Origin: an uncultured Clostridium sp.
GTDB lineage: Bacteria; Bacillota; Clostridia; TANB77; CAG-465
NCBI GenBank assembly: GCA_947361355.1
Contig: CANAIR010000001.1
Coordinates: 64,215-128,214, forward strand
Length of the DNA stretch: 64,000 bases
Direction of reading: 5' to 3'
Shown here: positions 17,753 through 28,526 of the stretch, piece by piece
Numbering within the stretch: the first letter of the stretch is position 1
Layout of the letters: each line of letters opens with the position of its first letter
Notes under the pieces: generated by a model
Told to the model about the DNA's origin: nothing
Seen by the model: the letters and a program-made list of their open reading frames with translations, nothing else
The model's database searches: none
Position numbers and translations under genes: made by a program

Positions 17753-18589
17753 TTATTTATCATCTGATTTTTTATTCCATGAAACTTTATCTACTGGAAA
17801 TACATCAAACCTTTCATCTTCACTTGTAGTTCCAAATTTTACTTTTACTTTCATACCAAGTATATCTATATTTGTTACCTTTCCTTTTTCCTTTTGACCT
17901 TCAATTTCAACTATAACTAAATCTCCAACTTTAGGCAATTTTTTTAAATTTTCTTTATATGTTTCTTCTTCATATTTTAAACAACACATAAGCTTACCAC
18001 ATGCTCCAGAAAGTTTTGCCATATTTATTTGTAAACCTTGTTCTTTTGCCATTTTTATAGTTACAGGCTCAAAATCTTGCAAATACGTTCTACAACAAAC
18101 TTCTTTACCACACATTCCAAGGTTAGGATACGTTTTTATCTCATCTCTTGGTCCTATTTGCCTTAATTCTATTCTTGATTTATATTTAGAAGCTAAAACT
18201 TTTACTAACTCTCTAAAATCTACTCTATCTTCTGATACAAAATAAAATATTAATTTCGTAGTATCAAATGTATATTCAGCTGCTAGGAATTTCATATTTA
18301 ATTTCATTTTTTTAGCTTGCTCTTTGCAAAAAGCTAAAGCTGACTTAGCTTTTTTTTCATTTTCATGAAATATTTCAATATCCTTTTTAGTAGCTGGCCT
18401 TATAATATTATCCACTTTTAAATCTTCACTTAATTCTTCTTTTTTTAATATTTTTACAACTCTTCCTAGTTCTTCCCCACGTTCAGTATTTGCAATAATA
18501 TTATCACCAATTTTTAATCCAAATTGAAGTGAATTAAAGTAATATAATTTTCCAGTTTTTCTAAATCTTACTCCAATTATACTTTCCAT
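17753..18589 (-). CDS. ricT: PSP1-domain protein (YaaT/RicT, stage 0 sporulation-associated)
   Basis: ORF trimmed to MESIIGV, which has SD GAGGAG. Cys-rich GMCGKEVCCRTYL and CGKLMCCLKYE are typical of PSP1/YaaT. It sits downstream of holB, as in Firmicutes. Confidence 0.85.
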   Translation of the reverse strand: MESIIGVRFRKTGKLYYFNSLQFGLKIGDNIIANTERGEELGRVVKILKKEELSEDLKVDNIIRPATKKDIEIFHENEKKAKSALAFCKEQAKKMKLNMKFLAAEYTFDTTKLIFYFVSEDRVDFRELVKVLASKYKSRIELRQIGPRDEIKTYPNLGMCGKEVCCRTYLQDFEPVTIKMAKEQGLQINMAKLSGACGKLMCCLKYEEETYKENLKKLPKVGDLVIVEIEGQKEKGKVTNIDILGMKVKVKFGTTSEDERFDVFPVDKVSWNKKSDDK

Positions 18590-18599
18590 TTTAATCTCC

Positions 18600-19436
18600 T
18601 CATACAATATTATCTATTATATTTAATAGCATATTGTCAATTACTATATCATAATTTCCATTATATTTCAATCTTATCTTTGCTTTTTCAACGAATTTAG
18701 TGCAACTATAATATAGACCTTCATACAATAAAAATTCCAAATAATCTAATAGCATATTTTCATTAAATTTAATATTAGAAGATACAAGCATTGCATTTAT
18801 AACATCTTTGTTTTTTATGCAATTATATAAAGATTCAACTGTTTTAAACTTTTCTATTGTTGAATCGTTATAAATATTAATTGCTTGTCCAATAGAGCCA
18901 TCTATATATTTTATAATACTATCAGGAAAAGTAGTATTTAAATTATTTTGTAAGTATGACTTTACCATGTTATAATCCAAACCTTCAAATGAAATTGAAT
19001 TAACTCTTGATATTATCGTAGTTAAAAAAGCACTAACATTTGAAGAAATAAGAATTACTACAACATATTTAGGTGGTTCTTCTAATGTCTTTAAAAGTGC
19101 ATTTTGCGAAGCAACATTTAAACACTCTGCATCATCAATTATATAAACTTTTTTATCACCTGAAGCAGGTACTTGATAAACATCATCTATTAAATCTTTT
19201 CTAATTTGCTCTATAACTATATCTTTTTTATCATCTCTTTTAGATATATATTTATAATCTGGTGAACTTTCCAACTTATCTACTTTTAAAATAGCTTTTG
19301 CAAATTCTTTAGCAAGTAAACATTTACCAACACCTTTTTTGCCAGAAAATAAATATGCGTGAGAAATACTATCATGCACTAAATTATTTTCTAGTAACTT
19401 TTTATTTTCATCATGCCCAATAATACTCTCAAACAT
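18600..19436 (-). CDS. holB: DNA polymerase III subunit delta prime
   Basis: ORF trimmed to MFESIIGH, which has SD GGAGG. Carries HAYLFSGKKGVGK and LLKTLEEPP motifs. Confidence 0.85.
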   Translation of the reverse strand: MFESIIGHDENKKLLENNLVHDSISHAYLFSGKKGVGKCLLAKEFAKAILKVDKLESSPDYKYISKRDDKKDIVIEQIRKDLIDDVYQVPASGDKKVYIIDDAECLNVASQNALLKTLEEPPKYVVVILISSNVSAFLTTIISRVNSISFEGLDYNMVKSYLQNNLNTTFPDSIIKYIDGSIGQAINIYNDSTIEKFKTVESLYNCIKNKDVINAMLVSSNIKFNENMLLDYLEFLLYEGLYYSCTKFVEKAKIRLKYNGNYDIVIDNMLLNIIDNIV

Positions 19437-19456
19437 ATTTACCTCCACACAATATA

Positions 19457-20134
19457 CTATTTTAATTTACCTATTTTATTTAAAGGCCATATTCTTGCTA
19501 ATACATATCCATCCACACGACTAACAGGAATACATCCAAAAAATCTTGAATCTTTACTTTCTTGCCTATTATCTCCCATAACATAAACACATCCTACTGG
19601 AACTGTAACATCCATATATTCACCTGTTTTTGATGTAAACTGCTCATGTAAATATGGCTCATCTATTTTTTCGTCGTTTACTAATACTTGACCTTCTTCA
19701 TTTATTACAACATGGTCTCCAGCTACTCCAATTACTCTTTTTATATAGCTTACTTTACCAATTCCAACAAAATTGTACATAAAACTTTTTAAATATTTAT
19801 AGTTATTATATTCTGCTACGACATCATTTGAATCAATTTCTTCAAAATACCCAATATCTTTTGGTGCTTCAAATGTTATAATATCGCCTCTTTGAATCTT
19901 CTTTTTAAATATTTTTGGCCTTTGAATTAATAATCTTTCATTTTCCCTTGCTGTTGGAAACATAGATACCTGTTTAACTCCAGAAATTGTTCCTATAAAA
20001 TAATTAATAAACAAGTAAATTACATATGCAATTATAAAACATATAACCCACTCTAAGATTTCCTTTGAAAGCTTTTTCCAATCAATATTTTTTCTTTTTG
20101 GCTTTGAATAGTAATCATCCATTTTTTCTTTCAT
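19457..20134 (-). CDS. lepB: Signal peptidase I
   Basis: N-terminal TM segment, catalytic SMFPT box and GDNRQESKDSR box. Confidence 0.85.
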   Translation of the reverse strand: MKEKMDDYYSKPKRKNIDWKKLSKEILEWVICFIIAYVIYLFINYFIGTISGVKQVSMFPTARENERLLIQRPKIFKKKIQRGDIITFEAPKDIGYFEEIDSNDVVAEYNNYKYLKSFMYNFVGIGKVSYIKRVIGVAGDHVVINEEGQVLVNDEKIDEPYLHEQFTSKTGEYMDVTVPVGCVYVMGDNRQESKDSRFFGCIPVSRVDGYVLARIWPLNKIGKLK

Positions 20135-20188
20135 ATTTCATCCCCCTAAAATATATAATATATATTATATCATATAAAGTCAATTATG

Positions 20189-22129
20189 TTAATGGATATT
20201 TGATCCATTTTCTAAATTTCCTAAATTATTATCAATAGTAAGCAATTTTACAATATCATCATCACCAGCTGCTAGTAGCATTCCTTGTGATTCAACACCT
20301 CTTAGCTTAACAGGTTTCAAATTTGAAACAACAACAACTTGCTTATTTATCAATTCTTCAGGTGAATAATACTTAACTAAACCTGAAACTATTGTTCTTT
20401 GCTCTTTTCCTAGATCTACTGTAAGTTTATACAATTTATCTGCTTTTTCTATTCTTTCTACTTTTAAAATTTGACCAACTTTTAGTTCAATTTTATCTAA
20501 TTCATCAATAGTTATATAGTCTTTCTTTTCAATAACTGATTCTTCCTTTTTTAATTCATCTTCTTTATTTTCTACCACTTTAAAAATCTCCTTACCTACT
20601 TCTAATCTTGGAAATAAATTATCTTTTTTAGTAACTTTGGTACCATTTTCAAGTAATCCAAAAGTTTTTGCACTATCCCATAATTGAAGATTTTCTTTAA
20701 TTCCTATTTGCTCAAATATTTTATATGGAACTTCAACCAAATATGGTCTAAGCCCAATTGCAATAATTCTGATAGTTTCCACTAAGTTATATAATACTTG
20801 GTTAAGCCTTTTACTTTTATTTTCTTTTGCAAGTACCCATGGCATACTAAGGTCAATATATTTATTAGCTTTTGAAATAACATTCCATATCTGATTCATA
20901 GCATCATTTATTTTTAAATCATCCATTAATATTTCTACATTTGGAATCATATCAGATACAGCTTCAATTAAATCTAAATCTATTTTTTCTTTATCAAAGT
21001 CATCTTTTATAATAACTCCATCATTATATTTTTCCACCATAGCCACAACTCTACTAACTAAATTTCCTAAATCGTTAGATAAGTTAGAATTTGATTTTTC
21101 AATAAAAAGTTCTTCAGAAAAATTTCCGTCTTGACCAAATGGAACTTCATGTAGTAAATAATACCTTACTGTATCAACAGATGTATTTTTTATATACACT
21201 CTAGGATCTTTATAATTACCAAAAGATTTGGAAATTTTTGCTCCATCTACTACAAGCCAACCATGTCCATATATTTTTTTAGGTAATGGTAAATCAAGTG
21301 CCATTAACATTGCTGGCCATATAATCGAATGAAATCTAAAAATTTCTTTTCCAACTAAATGAATATCAGCAGGCCAATATTTTTTCATTTTACTTTCATC
21401 ATCTGTTAAATACCCAAGTGCTGAAATATAATTAGTTAGCGCATCCAACCAGACATATATTGTATGTTTTTCATCAAAAGGTACTTTTATTCCCCAATCA
21501 ATTGTAGTTCTTGATATACATAAGTCTTCCAGTCCTTTATTAAAAAAATTATTTATCATTTCGTTTTTCCTAGATAATGGCTCTAAAAAATCTGGATGTT
21601 CTTCATAATATTTTAACAATTTTTCTTGATATTTAGAAAGTTTAAAAAAGTAACTTTCCTCCTTTACTAATTTTACTTCTCTACCACAATCTGGACATTT
21701 ACCATCTTCAACTTGTGTTTTAGTCCAAAATGATTCACACGGTGTACAATAAAGACCTTCATAACTTCCTAAATATATATCACCTTTATCATACAGCTTT
21801 TTAAAAACTTTTTGTACTAATTCCAAATGTCTTTTATCTGTTGTTCTTATAAAATCTGAATATTCTACTTTCAAATCTTTCCATAACCTTTTTGTATCTT
21901 CTACTATTTCATCTACATATTCTTTTGGAGTTAAATTTGCTTCTCTTGCCTTTTCTTCTATTTTTTGGCCATGTTCATCTGTGCCAGTTAAAAAATGTAC
22001 ATCATAACCCCTTAATTTTTTATATCTAGCTATTGTATCTGCTACAACACTGCAATAACAATGACCTATATGAAATTTTCCACTTGGATAATATATAGGT
22101 GTTGTTATATAAAAACTTTTTTCACTCAT
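20189..22129 (-). CDS. metG: Methionine--tRNA ligase with C-terminal tRNA-binding (EMAP-like) domain
   Basis: HIGH motif KFHIGH, zinc knuckle CTPCE...CPDCG, KMSKS motif KISKSFG, and a C-terminal VESQGMLLAA. Confidence 0.95.
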   Translation of the reverse strand: MSEKSFYITTPIYYPSGKFHIGHCYCSVVADTIARYKKLRGYDVHFLTGTDEHGQKIEEKAREANLTPKEYVDEIVEDTKRLWKDLKVEYSDFIRTTDKRHLELVQKVFKKLYDKGDIYLGSYEGLYCTPCESFWTKTQVEDGKCPDCGREVKLVKEESYFFKLSKYQEKLLKYYEEHPDFLEPLSRKNEMINNFFNKGLEDLCISRTTIDWGIKVPFDEKHTIYVWLDALTNYISALGYLTDDESKMKKYWPADIHLVGKEIFRFHSIIWPAMLMALDLPLPKKIYGHGWLVVDGAKISKSFGNYKDPRVYIKNTSVDTVRYYLLHEVPFGQDGNFSEELFIEKSNSNLSNDLGNLVSRVVAMVEKYNDGVIIKDDFDKEKIDLDLIEAVSDMIPNVEILMDDLKINDAMNQIWNVISKANKYIDLSMPWVLAKENKSKRLNQVLYNLVETIRIIAIGLRPYLVEVPYKIFEQIGIKENLQLWDSAKTFGLLENGTKVTKKDNLFPRLEVGKEIFKVVENKEDELKKEESVIEKKDYITIDELDKIELKVGQILKVERIEKADKLYKLTVDLGKEQRTIVSGLVKYYSPEELINKQVVVVSNLKPVKLRGVESQGMLLAAGDDDIVKLLTIDNNLGNLENGSNIH

Positions 22130-22145
22130 ATTTTCACATCCTAAT

Positions 22146-22544
22146 CTATTCTATTTTAACAATTGCAGTTGCTACTGCATTTTGTGCTATATGTGAAATA
22201 CTAACATCAACTTCTACATTTAGTTTTTCACATATTTTTTTTATATTACTATTTAAAAATACAACTTTTGGTCTTTTTTTTAATTCTTCAACATTTATTA
22301 TTTCTACATCTAAAAAACCCATATCCAAATTATTTTCTATTAATATCTTTGACATTGCTTTGTATATTGCCTCTTTAGCTGCAAATCTTCCAGCATATCT
22401 TTGATACTTCATATTGCATCTTATTTTTTCTATATTTTCTATTTCATTTTTACTAAATATATTTTCTCTAAATCCTTTTGTATTTTCAACAGCATTCTGT
22501 ATTCTTTCAACTTCTATAATATCTGTTCCACAATAAATTTGCAT
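22146..22544 (-). CDS. acpS: Holo-[acyl-carrier-protein] synthase
   Basis: 132 aa. GTDIIEVERI and FAAKEAIYKA motifs. Confidence 0.85.
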   Translation of the reverse strand: MQIYCGTDIIEVERIQNAVENTKGFRENIFSKNEIENIEKIRCNMKYQRYAGRFAAKEAIYKAMSKILIENNLDMGFLDVEIINVEELKKRPKVVFLNSNIKKICEKLNVEVDVSISHIAQNAVATAIVKIE

Positions 22545-22553
22545 AAACTCTCC

Positions 22554-23936
22554 TTAATATTTTCTATTTCTTTCTAATTTATGTTTGATATAACTTACAC
22601 AAGTATATGCTGGATAACTTAAGGCACAAAATGCCATCATAGTAAGCACAAATGGTTCAAGCCAAGAAACAGTCTTTAAATCAAAATATTGTATTAACAT
22701 TCCAAGCCCAGATAAAGTTATATTAACTACATACATTATTAAAAGTATTTGGTTAATTCTTTCTTGTCCATTTGCCACAACAAAGTCATAATATTGCATA
22801 TATTCTTTTCTTACCTCTTCAAACAAAGAAGGTAATTCAAAGGCAAGTTGCCATTTTCTCCATACATCCATTCCATGTTCAGAGTTAGTAATTTGACTAA
22901 ACCAACTAATATTTGTAAATCTTGTAAATCTCTCTTTTAATGTTTTTACCATTGTTTTATCTTCTTTTAATAAATCTTGGGAAAAATTAATTAAACTAAT
23001 TCTTTGATAAAATGCAAGTAATAACATATACAAATATGTTTTTTCATACATATATGGCATTCTAGTTATATCATATTTTTCCTTATCAGAAACTAAAACA
23101 ACTCCACTTTCTTTTGAAAAACCAAATTTAGAATACTCCCATCTTGAATAACTATTTTCTTTTAATTTGCTAAACTCGTTATTAAATATTGCTGTACTCT
23201 TACTTTCCATTACGTACTGTAATTTATAAAAGTCATTTTCAATATTTTTAAAATCATCTTTTTTATTCCAAGAATCAACACACACATATGAATATGTAAA
23301 CATTTTATCATAATATATTTTTTCCAAATCATTTGTTTCAAAATCAGAAGTTACAGATTTTATAAACTTTGCTATACTTTCTATTTTATCAATATTTTTT
23401 GCTTTTATAACATTTTTTTGATCAATTTTAGAAATTGACCTTGGAGTTAAATTTCTAAAATAATGATTAAAATCTAATATTTTATTAAAATCAATTAGTT
23501 CTTCATCATATTCAAGCTCTGTTTTTATATCTAAAAAACAAATTCCAGGTTCAAAACATATTAAAGCTATTTTAGATATATCAAAATCTATCTCACCATA
23601 ATGCTTAGCAGTCACACTACCAGTTTTTATATTAGCCAAGTTATACTCAAAAGTAACACATGAAAGCTTACTTACAATATTTGATTTTTTAAGTATATTC
23701 ATCCCCTTAAAAATTTTTTTATATTCACTAGACCAAAATATAGTAGGAAACAAAAATCTTCTCATATATGGTAAATAAAAATTATATAGTTCTTCATCAT
23801 TTTTATGTTCACTTACATACATTTTCCATTGTTTACTCTTAGATAATAGTGAACTAATAAAATTAGTATATTTTTTGTCTTCTACCACAAATGGATATAT
23901 AAAATGTGTATACTGATATTTAGCTTTTAAACCCAT
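22554..23936 (-). CDS. Hypothetical 460-aa protein with a large soluble N-domain and two C-terminal TM helices (CorA-like topology)
   Basis: ORF trimmed to the ATG behind AAGGGTGAG. The C-terminus has two hydrophobic helices and a basic tail (KHKLERNRKY). No GMN motif and no domain recognised. Confidence 0.6.
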   Translation of the reverse strand: MGLKAKYQYTHFIYPFVVEDKKYTNFISSLLSKSKQWKMYVSEHKNDEELYNFYLPYMRRFLFPTIFWSSEYKKIFKGMNILKKSNIVSKLSCVTFEYNLANIKTGSVTAKHYGEIDFDISKIALICFEPGICFLDIKTELEYDEELIDFNKILDFNHYFRNLTPRSISKIDQKNVIKAKNIDKIESIAKFIKSVTSDFETNDLEKIYYDKMFTYSYVCVDSWNKKDDFKNIENDFYKLQYVMESKSTAIFNNEFSKLKENSYSRWEYSKFGFSKESGVVLVSDKEKYDITRMPYMYEKTYLYMLLLAFYQRISLINFSQDLLKEDKTMVKTLKERFTRFTNISWFSQITNSEHGMDVWRKWQLAFELPSLFEEVRKEYMQYYDFVVANGQERINQILLIMYVVNITLSGLGMLIQYFDLKTVSWLEPFVLTMMAFCALSYPAYTCVSYIKHKLERNRKY

Positions 23937-24123
23937 AAATCTCACCCTTATAATTCTTATACATATATATTATACTTTTTTTACTTTAAAGTCAATGTTT
24001 TCTAAGGAATTTTACACTTAAATTACAACAATATAAAAAAGTATATCAAACTTTTTTACAAAAAGTATTGATTTTTTTTTATATTTATGTTAAAATATGC
24101 TATGTATTTAAAACAGAGTTTTA

Positions 24124-24199
24124 CGGGGTGTAGCTCAGCTGGTAGAGTACGTGGTTTGGGACCATGGGGTCGCACGTTCGAACCGTGTCACTCCGACCA
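24124..24199 (+). tRNA. tRNA-Pro, anticodon UGG, with encoded CCA
   Basis: CGGGGTGTAGCTCAGCTGGTAGAG... Acceptor stem CGGGGTG/CACTCCG. Anticodon stem CGTGG/CCATG with loop TTTGGGA. Confidence 0.9.
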
Positions 24200-24212
24200 T
24201 AAAAACTGTTTT

Positions 24213-24250
24213 AAAAAAAAAAAATACCTATTTTTAGGTATTTTTTTTTA
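24213..24250. terminator. Bidirectional terminator
   Basis: A12-TACCTA/TAGGTA-T10 hairpin between tRNA-Pro and the convergent 260-aa gene. Confidence 0.7.
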
Positions 24251-24254
24251 TATA

Positions 24255-25037
24255 CTATATTTTAAAAATTATCTTTATAACTGCAAAAATAACTAATGTT
24301 AATATTATTAAAGAAATTTTACTATCTACTACATTACTTCTTCCCAAACTTATCAATCTAATAATAACTGTAGCTATTGCTAATGATATAACTATTATTA
24401 AAGCATATTTTAAAATTACATTTAATTCAATATTATTAACTTTATAATTTTCTGGCATAGACCTGTCTATATCAAATTCAATTGAATCTACTATTTCTTT
24501 CAATTTAACACTGTCTGCTTGAGAAATCCCACTTTGCTTTTGGATATTTACTTTATACAAATATCCATTTACAATCGTTACATAACTTTCTATATCAAGC
24601 CCTTTGTCGTTATATTTTAGTCTCAAAAATCTATAACTATTTTCATACAATTCATATTCATTAACATTCTCAATTTCATTTAATTCTTTAGCTACTTTTA
24701 TAAAATCTTTTTTTGTCAAATTTATAAAATTGCTAACTTCATCAGATTTTTTCTTTATTAGTAAAAATTCTTTAAATTCTTCATTATCATTAGATGGTAA
24801 ACCATATAAATAAATTGAGTTTTCAGTCATAAAATTATTCAATCTATCTGATGAAATTCCTATTTTATGTAATAATTTTTCATTATATACACTTCTTGTG
24901 CAAATATTCCACTCATCTTCATTTAAAGATATATCCATATCAGTACCTTCTAGTTTATTACCCATTGCATATATATTTGCTTGAGCTGTAATCATTAATA
25001 TCAAAAACATCACTAATATAATTTTTTTCACTTTCAT
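24255..25037 (-). CDS. Hypothetical exported protein with a C-terminal membrane anchor
   Basis: ORF trimmed to the ATG behind AAGAGG. N-terminal signal-like segment (ILVMFLILMITAQANIYA) and two C-terminal hydrophobic helices. Confidence 0.55.
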   Translation of the reverse strand: MKVKKIILVMFLILMITAQANIYAMGNKLEGTDMDISLNEDEWNICTRSVYNEKLLHKIGISSDRLNNFMTENSIYLYGLPSNDNEEFKEFLLIKKKSDEVSNFINLTKKDFIKVAKELNEIENVNEYELYENSYRFLRLKYNDKGLDIESYVTIVNGYLYKVNIQKQSGISQADSVKLKEIVDSIEFDIDRSMPENYKVNNIELNVILKYALIIVISLAIATVIIRLISLGRSNVVDSKISLIILTLVIFAVIKIIFKI

Positions 25038-25424
25038 ATTCAAACCTCTTTACAATTTTATTATTTTCAAATTTTAAAATATTAACACCTTTTACTATTA
25101 ATTTTAATTACTAACTGACAATTTTTCATAGTTATATATATATTTGTATCATTTTTTAAATACTAATTAGTTTAATCTTAATTATAATTACTAAAATATA
25201 TTATCATATATTTTTATAAAAATCAAATGATATATTAAATAAAAAAAAGTTTATTCTATCTTGTTTTGTAAATTTGTTGAAATAACAGTAAATTTATGAT
25301 ACAATTTTAATAGTAAATTTTTGCTAAAGTTAACAATAGTATGTTAACAATATATAATTAGTTATATATTATTGTTGTATTAAATTTCAATGTAAATAAT
25401 TTTAAATTTGAAAGGAGACAAATT

Positions 25425-26084
25425 ATGTATATTCCAGAAGCACGGTCATTTGATAAAGGTATAGAATTTTATGGCAAAGAGGTGATAATAGTTGCTACAA
25501 GACTGAATGATAAAATAATTATTTCAAAAAGTAAATTTTCACAGCTTAAAGACAAAAAAAATCACACTATATCATATGCTTCCTTATTATTTGCTATTAT
25601 AGGAACTCTTTTTCTTAAGTGTTTGCCTATTCTTGAAAATTCAAAAATTCAAATTTTGGGAGTAATTGCCATCATCTGGTTGGAAATTATATGTTATTAC
25701 TTTTTTAGTTCAAGAACTCCAGATATGATACAATCTCATAAGTATCATGCAGCTGAACATAAGGTTTTAAACTATGTAGATAAATATGGAAAAGCACCAG
25801 AAAACTGTGATGAATTGATGAAAATGAGTTCTATTTCTTATCGTTGTGGATCTTCAATATTAGCAGTTATTATGATTTTATTAACTTTATGTATTAGTGG
25901 TTTGGTATGTATTTCAATGCTATTTTTCAAGATTGTTTGGATTGCTATTAGTATTTTTATAACATTATATCTATGGGCTAATGGTAAATGTAACTTTCTA
26001 CAAAAATTTGTTATTGAAGAACCAACTTATAACGAAATAGAAGTTGCACTTCTTGGTGTTAAAGAATATTTAAAACTAAAATAA
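25425..26084 (+). CDS. DUF1385-like membrane protein
   Basis: SD AAAGGAG. KYHAAEHKVLN and YRCGSS resemble the YHGAEHK / RCGT motifs of DUF1385. Shorter than the usual family members. Confidence 0.5.
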   Translation: MYIPEARSFDKGIEFYGKEVIIVATRLNDKIIISKSKFSQLKDKKNHTISYASLLFAIIGTLFLKCLPILENSKIQILGVIAIIWLEIICYYFFSSRTPDMIQSHKYHAAEHKVLNYVDKYGKAPENCDELMKMSSISYRCGSSILAVIMILLTLCISGLVCISMLFFKIVWIAISIFITLYLWANGKCNFLQKFVIEEPTYNEIEVALLGVKEYLKLK

Positions 26085-26234
26085 TTTATGTCTAAAATTG
26101 AGGTAGTAGATATATCATTAATTAATATATTTCTACTATTCGATTTTTTTTGCACCTTCTTATTCAAAAAACGATATTTCTTATAAAAGAAAAATCACAT
26201 AAACCAAATTATAAGTTTATGTGATTTTTTATGA

Positions 26235-28283
26235 TTAACTATTTAAGACTTTTTCCAAATTAAAATAGAATCCATACTCTTTATATGTTTCATCTCCTAT
26301 TTTAACTTGTTTAGTTTCTACCTTCTTTCCACCAAGCTTTTCATAAAATTTAATTGCATTACTGTTTTCTTCAAGGCACCATAATACCATGACTTTTTTG
26401 CCTTGTTCAATAAGTTCTTTACAAGTTTCTCTAAAGAGTTGTGTACCAATCCCCTTTCCTTTTTCTGATGGCTTTACATACAAACTAACCAATTCTCCAC
26501 ATTTTGTATCAAAGCATGAATAACCTAAAACTTCATCTTCCTTTACAGCAACTAAAACTCTATCTTTATACTCTTCAAAACTCTCTACATAACGCCTTGT
26601 TTGTTGTTCATAATCAAGAGAATTAAGATATTTTGCTGCTATAATTTTATCATAGGCACTTTTCCATCCATCAACCTTAATATGTGCCATCTGCTCTTGA
26701 TCATTAAGCTCATTTTTTCTAATTACATACTTTTCTTTTTCAGTCAACTTCTGCAAACAATAATACATCTTCATAAATGTTTTTACAAGCATACTATTAT
26801 CGTATGCAAAAGTTACTCTTCCAACAAGCTCATTTTTATATGGCCAAGAAAAAGACTTTCCAACTAAAAATCTAAGTCTAATTTCTTTATAAAAGAAATT
26901 TAACAAATCTTTTTCAGTATAAATAGGCCTTCCATTATACTTCATTCCCTTTATAGGTGTAAAATCAAGAATTGCAAAAAATCCGGACTCTGGTTCTAAG
27001 TTTTTCACAAAATCTACATATGGCAAACCAGCTGATAAAAGTGTTTTAGCCTCATCCTTTCCAAGTATCTTCTCTACTTCCTCAATTACTTCTTTTTTAT
27101 ACACATAATTATCAATTGAAATAATTCCAGAAACCATAGCTTTTAATAAGTTAAACTTAAAAACGTATCTCTTTCTTAATTCATCAAAGTACTCTTTATA
27201 GATTTTATCTTTTCTTTTGGATACTTGAAAAGCACCAACTAATGCTTTACCTAAAATATCAGACGGCGAATCCATACTTTGAAAAGTCTTATTTACAACT
27301 TCTCTTATAATTACCTCATCTGCTACTACAAAACCTGCTCTAAGACTTGCCATTCCATAAGATTTTGAAAGTCCAAATAAAGAGATAGTATTTTGAAAAA
27401 CTCCTTGAATAGGAATACTTGCAATCGGTTTTGCAAGATTTTCAGCATCATAAGAAATATCCCTATATACAAGATCATCTATGACAAATACTCCTCTTTG
27501 CAAACATACCTGAGCAATTTGCGTTAAAAGGTTTGCATGTTTCTCACCCATTACCTTTCCAGTAGGGTTGTTAGGATTGGCATTTAAAAAAGCTACTACA
27601 CGTGGTACATAATCTCTACGCCTATGATAAGCTTTTTGCAAACTTTCATTAATCTCATCTATTCTTTTTGCAAGTTTTTCAGGATTTACTAAAAAATTGT
27701 CTTCCTTTTCTAACTCAATAATTTCTACTTCTGCTCCTGCACGTTCTGCACGAATTGTAAAAAGGCCATAACTTGGTCCTGTAATTAATATTACATCACC
27801 AGGCTTTGAAATTATTTCTACAATCAAATTAAAAATTATTGATGTAGATGGCAAAAACGTAATATTATGTACAGACATTCCTTTATCATCAATATCTTCA
27901 TAAGAATAAGGATGCGTATTAATAAATCCGATGCTTTCTACATACTCTAATAATTTTTTCCTAATATTGTCATCTCCCTCTGTATATGGATAACGATACA
28001 TCATATCACTTTCAAGTGACTTTTTCATCTCTTCAATGGAAAGAGGAAATGGTTTAAACCTCATAGGATTTCCACTTCCTAAATCAATATCTGGTGCAGT
28101 AACTATATTCTCATCCCGCACCTCATATCCATAATAGTCAATTGCATCGGCAATACTTTGCACCTCTGGATTAAATTTCTCCCCATCACTTCTAGCTCCG
28201 ATAAATGGTAAACCAAATCTTCTTTCATTTAAGTAAGGTTTATCAGTTACAACCCTATCAATTGCACGTGTTTTTACCAACAT
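26235..28283 (-). CDS. Fusion protein: class I/II PLP-dependent aminotransferase plus C-terminal GNAT acetyltransferase
   Basis: ORF trimmed to the ATG behind GGAGG. Carries NANPNNPTG and SLFGLSKSYGMASLRAG (PLP-lysine region). The C-terminal roughly 150 aa has GNAT motif A (VKPSEKGKGIGTQLF) and FYEKLGG. Confidence 0.8.
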   Translation of the reverse strand: MLVKTRAIDRVVTDKPYLNERRFGLPFIGARSDGEKFNPEVQSIADAIDYYGYEVRDENIVTAPDIDLGSGNPMRFKPFPLSIEEMKKSLESDMMYRYPYTEGDDNIRKKLLEYVESIGFINTHPYSYEDIDDKGMSVHNITFLPSTSIIFNLIVEIISKPGDVILITGPSYGLFTIRAERAGAEVEIIELEKEDNFLVNPEKLAKRIDEINESLQKAYHRRRDYVPRVVAFLNANPNNPTGKVMGEKHANLLTQIAQVCLQRGVFVIDDLVYRDISYDAENLAKPIASIPIQGVFQNTISLFGLSKSYGMASLRAGFVVADEVIIREVVNKTFQSMDSPSDILGKALVGAFQVSKRKDKIYKEYFDELRKRYVFKFNLLKAMVSGIISIDNYVYKKEVIEEVEKILGKDEAKTLLSAGLPYVDFVKNLEPESGFFAILDFTPIKGMKYNGRPIYTEKDLLNFFYKEIRLRFLVGKSFSWPYKNELVGRVTFAYDNSMLVKTFMKMYYCLQKLTEKEKYVIRKNELNDQEQMAHIKVDGWKSAYDKIIAAKYLNSLDYEQQTRRYVESFEEYKDRVLVAVKEDEVLGYSCFDTKCGELVSLYVKPSEKGKGIGTQLFRETCKELIEQGKKVMVLWCLEENSNAIKFYEKLGGKKVETKQVKIGDETYKEYGFYFNLEKVLNS

Positions 28284-28450
28284 ACTATTATCCTCCAAAT
28301 ATTTATTTACATAATATTATACCATGATTTGTGTTATAAGTAAAGCATAAATCTATATTTATGTAATCTTAGCATTAATTTTATTTAATCATACAACATG
28401 ATTTATCTATATCAGCCCGTATTTAATTTTACATAATATAAATATTTTTG

Positions 28451-28479
28451 TTGACTAATGTTATAAAATATGGTATAAT
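28451..28479 (+). promoter_or_regulatory. Near-consensus extended -10 promoter
   Basis: TTGACT, 17 nt, then TATAAT preceded by TGG, which gives TGnTATAAT. Confidence 0.65.
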
Positions 28480-28526
28480 TTTAATATAGTAACAATATTA
28501 TTTTTCAACAATTGGAGGAAATTATT

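Noticed and set aside
24087-24296. 69-aa plus-strand ORF
   Set aside because: It overlaps the tRNA-Pro gene and its terminator and has no SD. It is an artefact.
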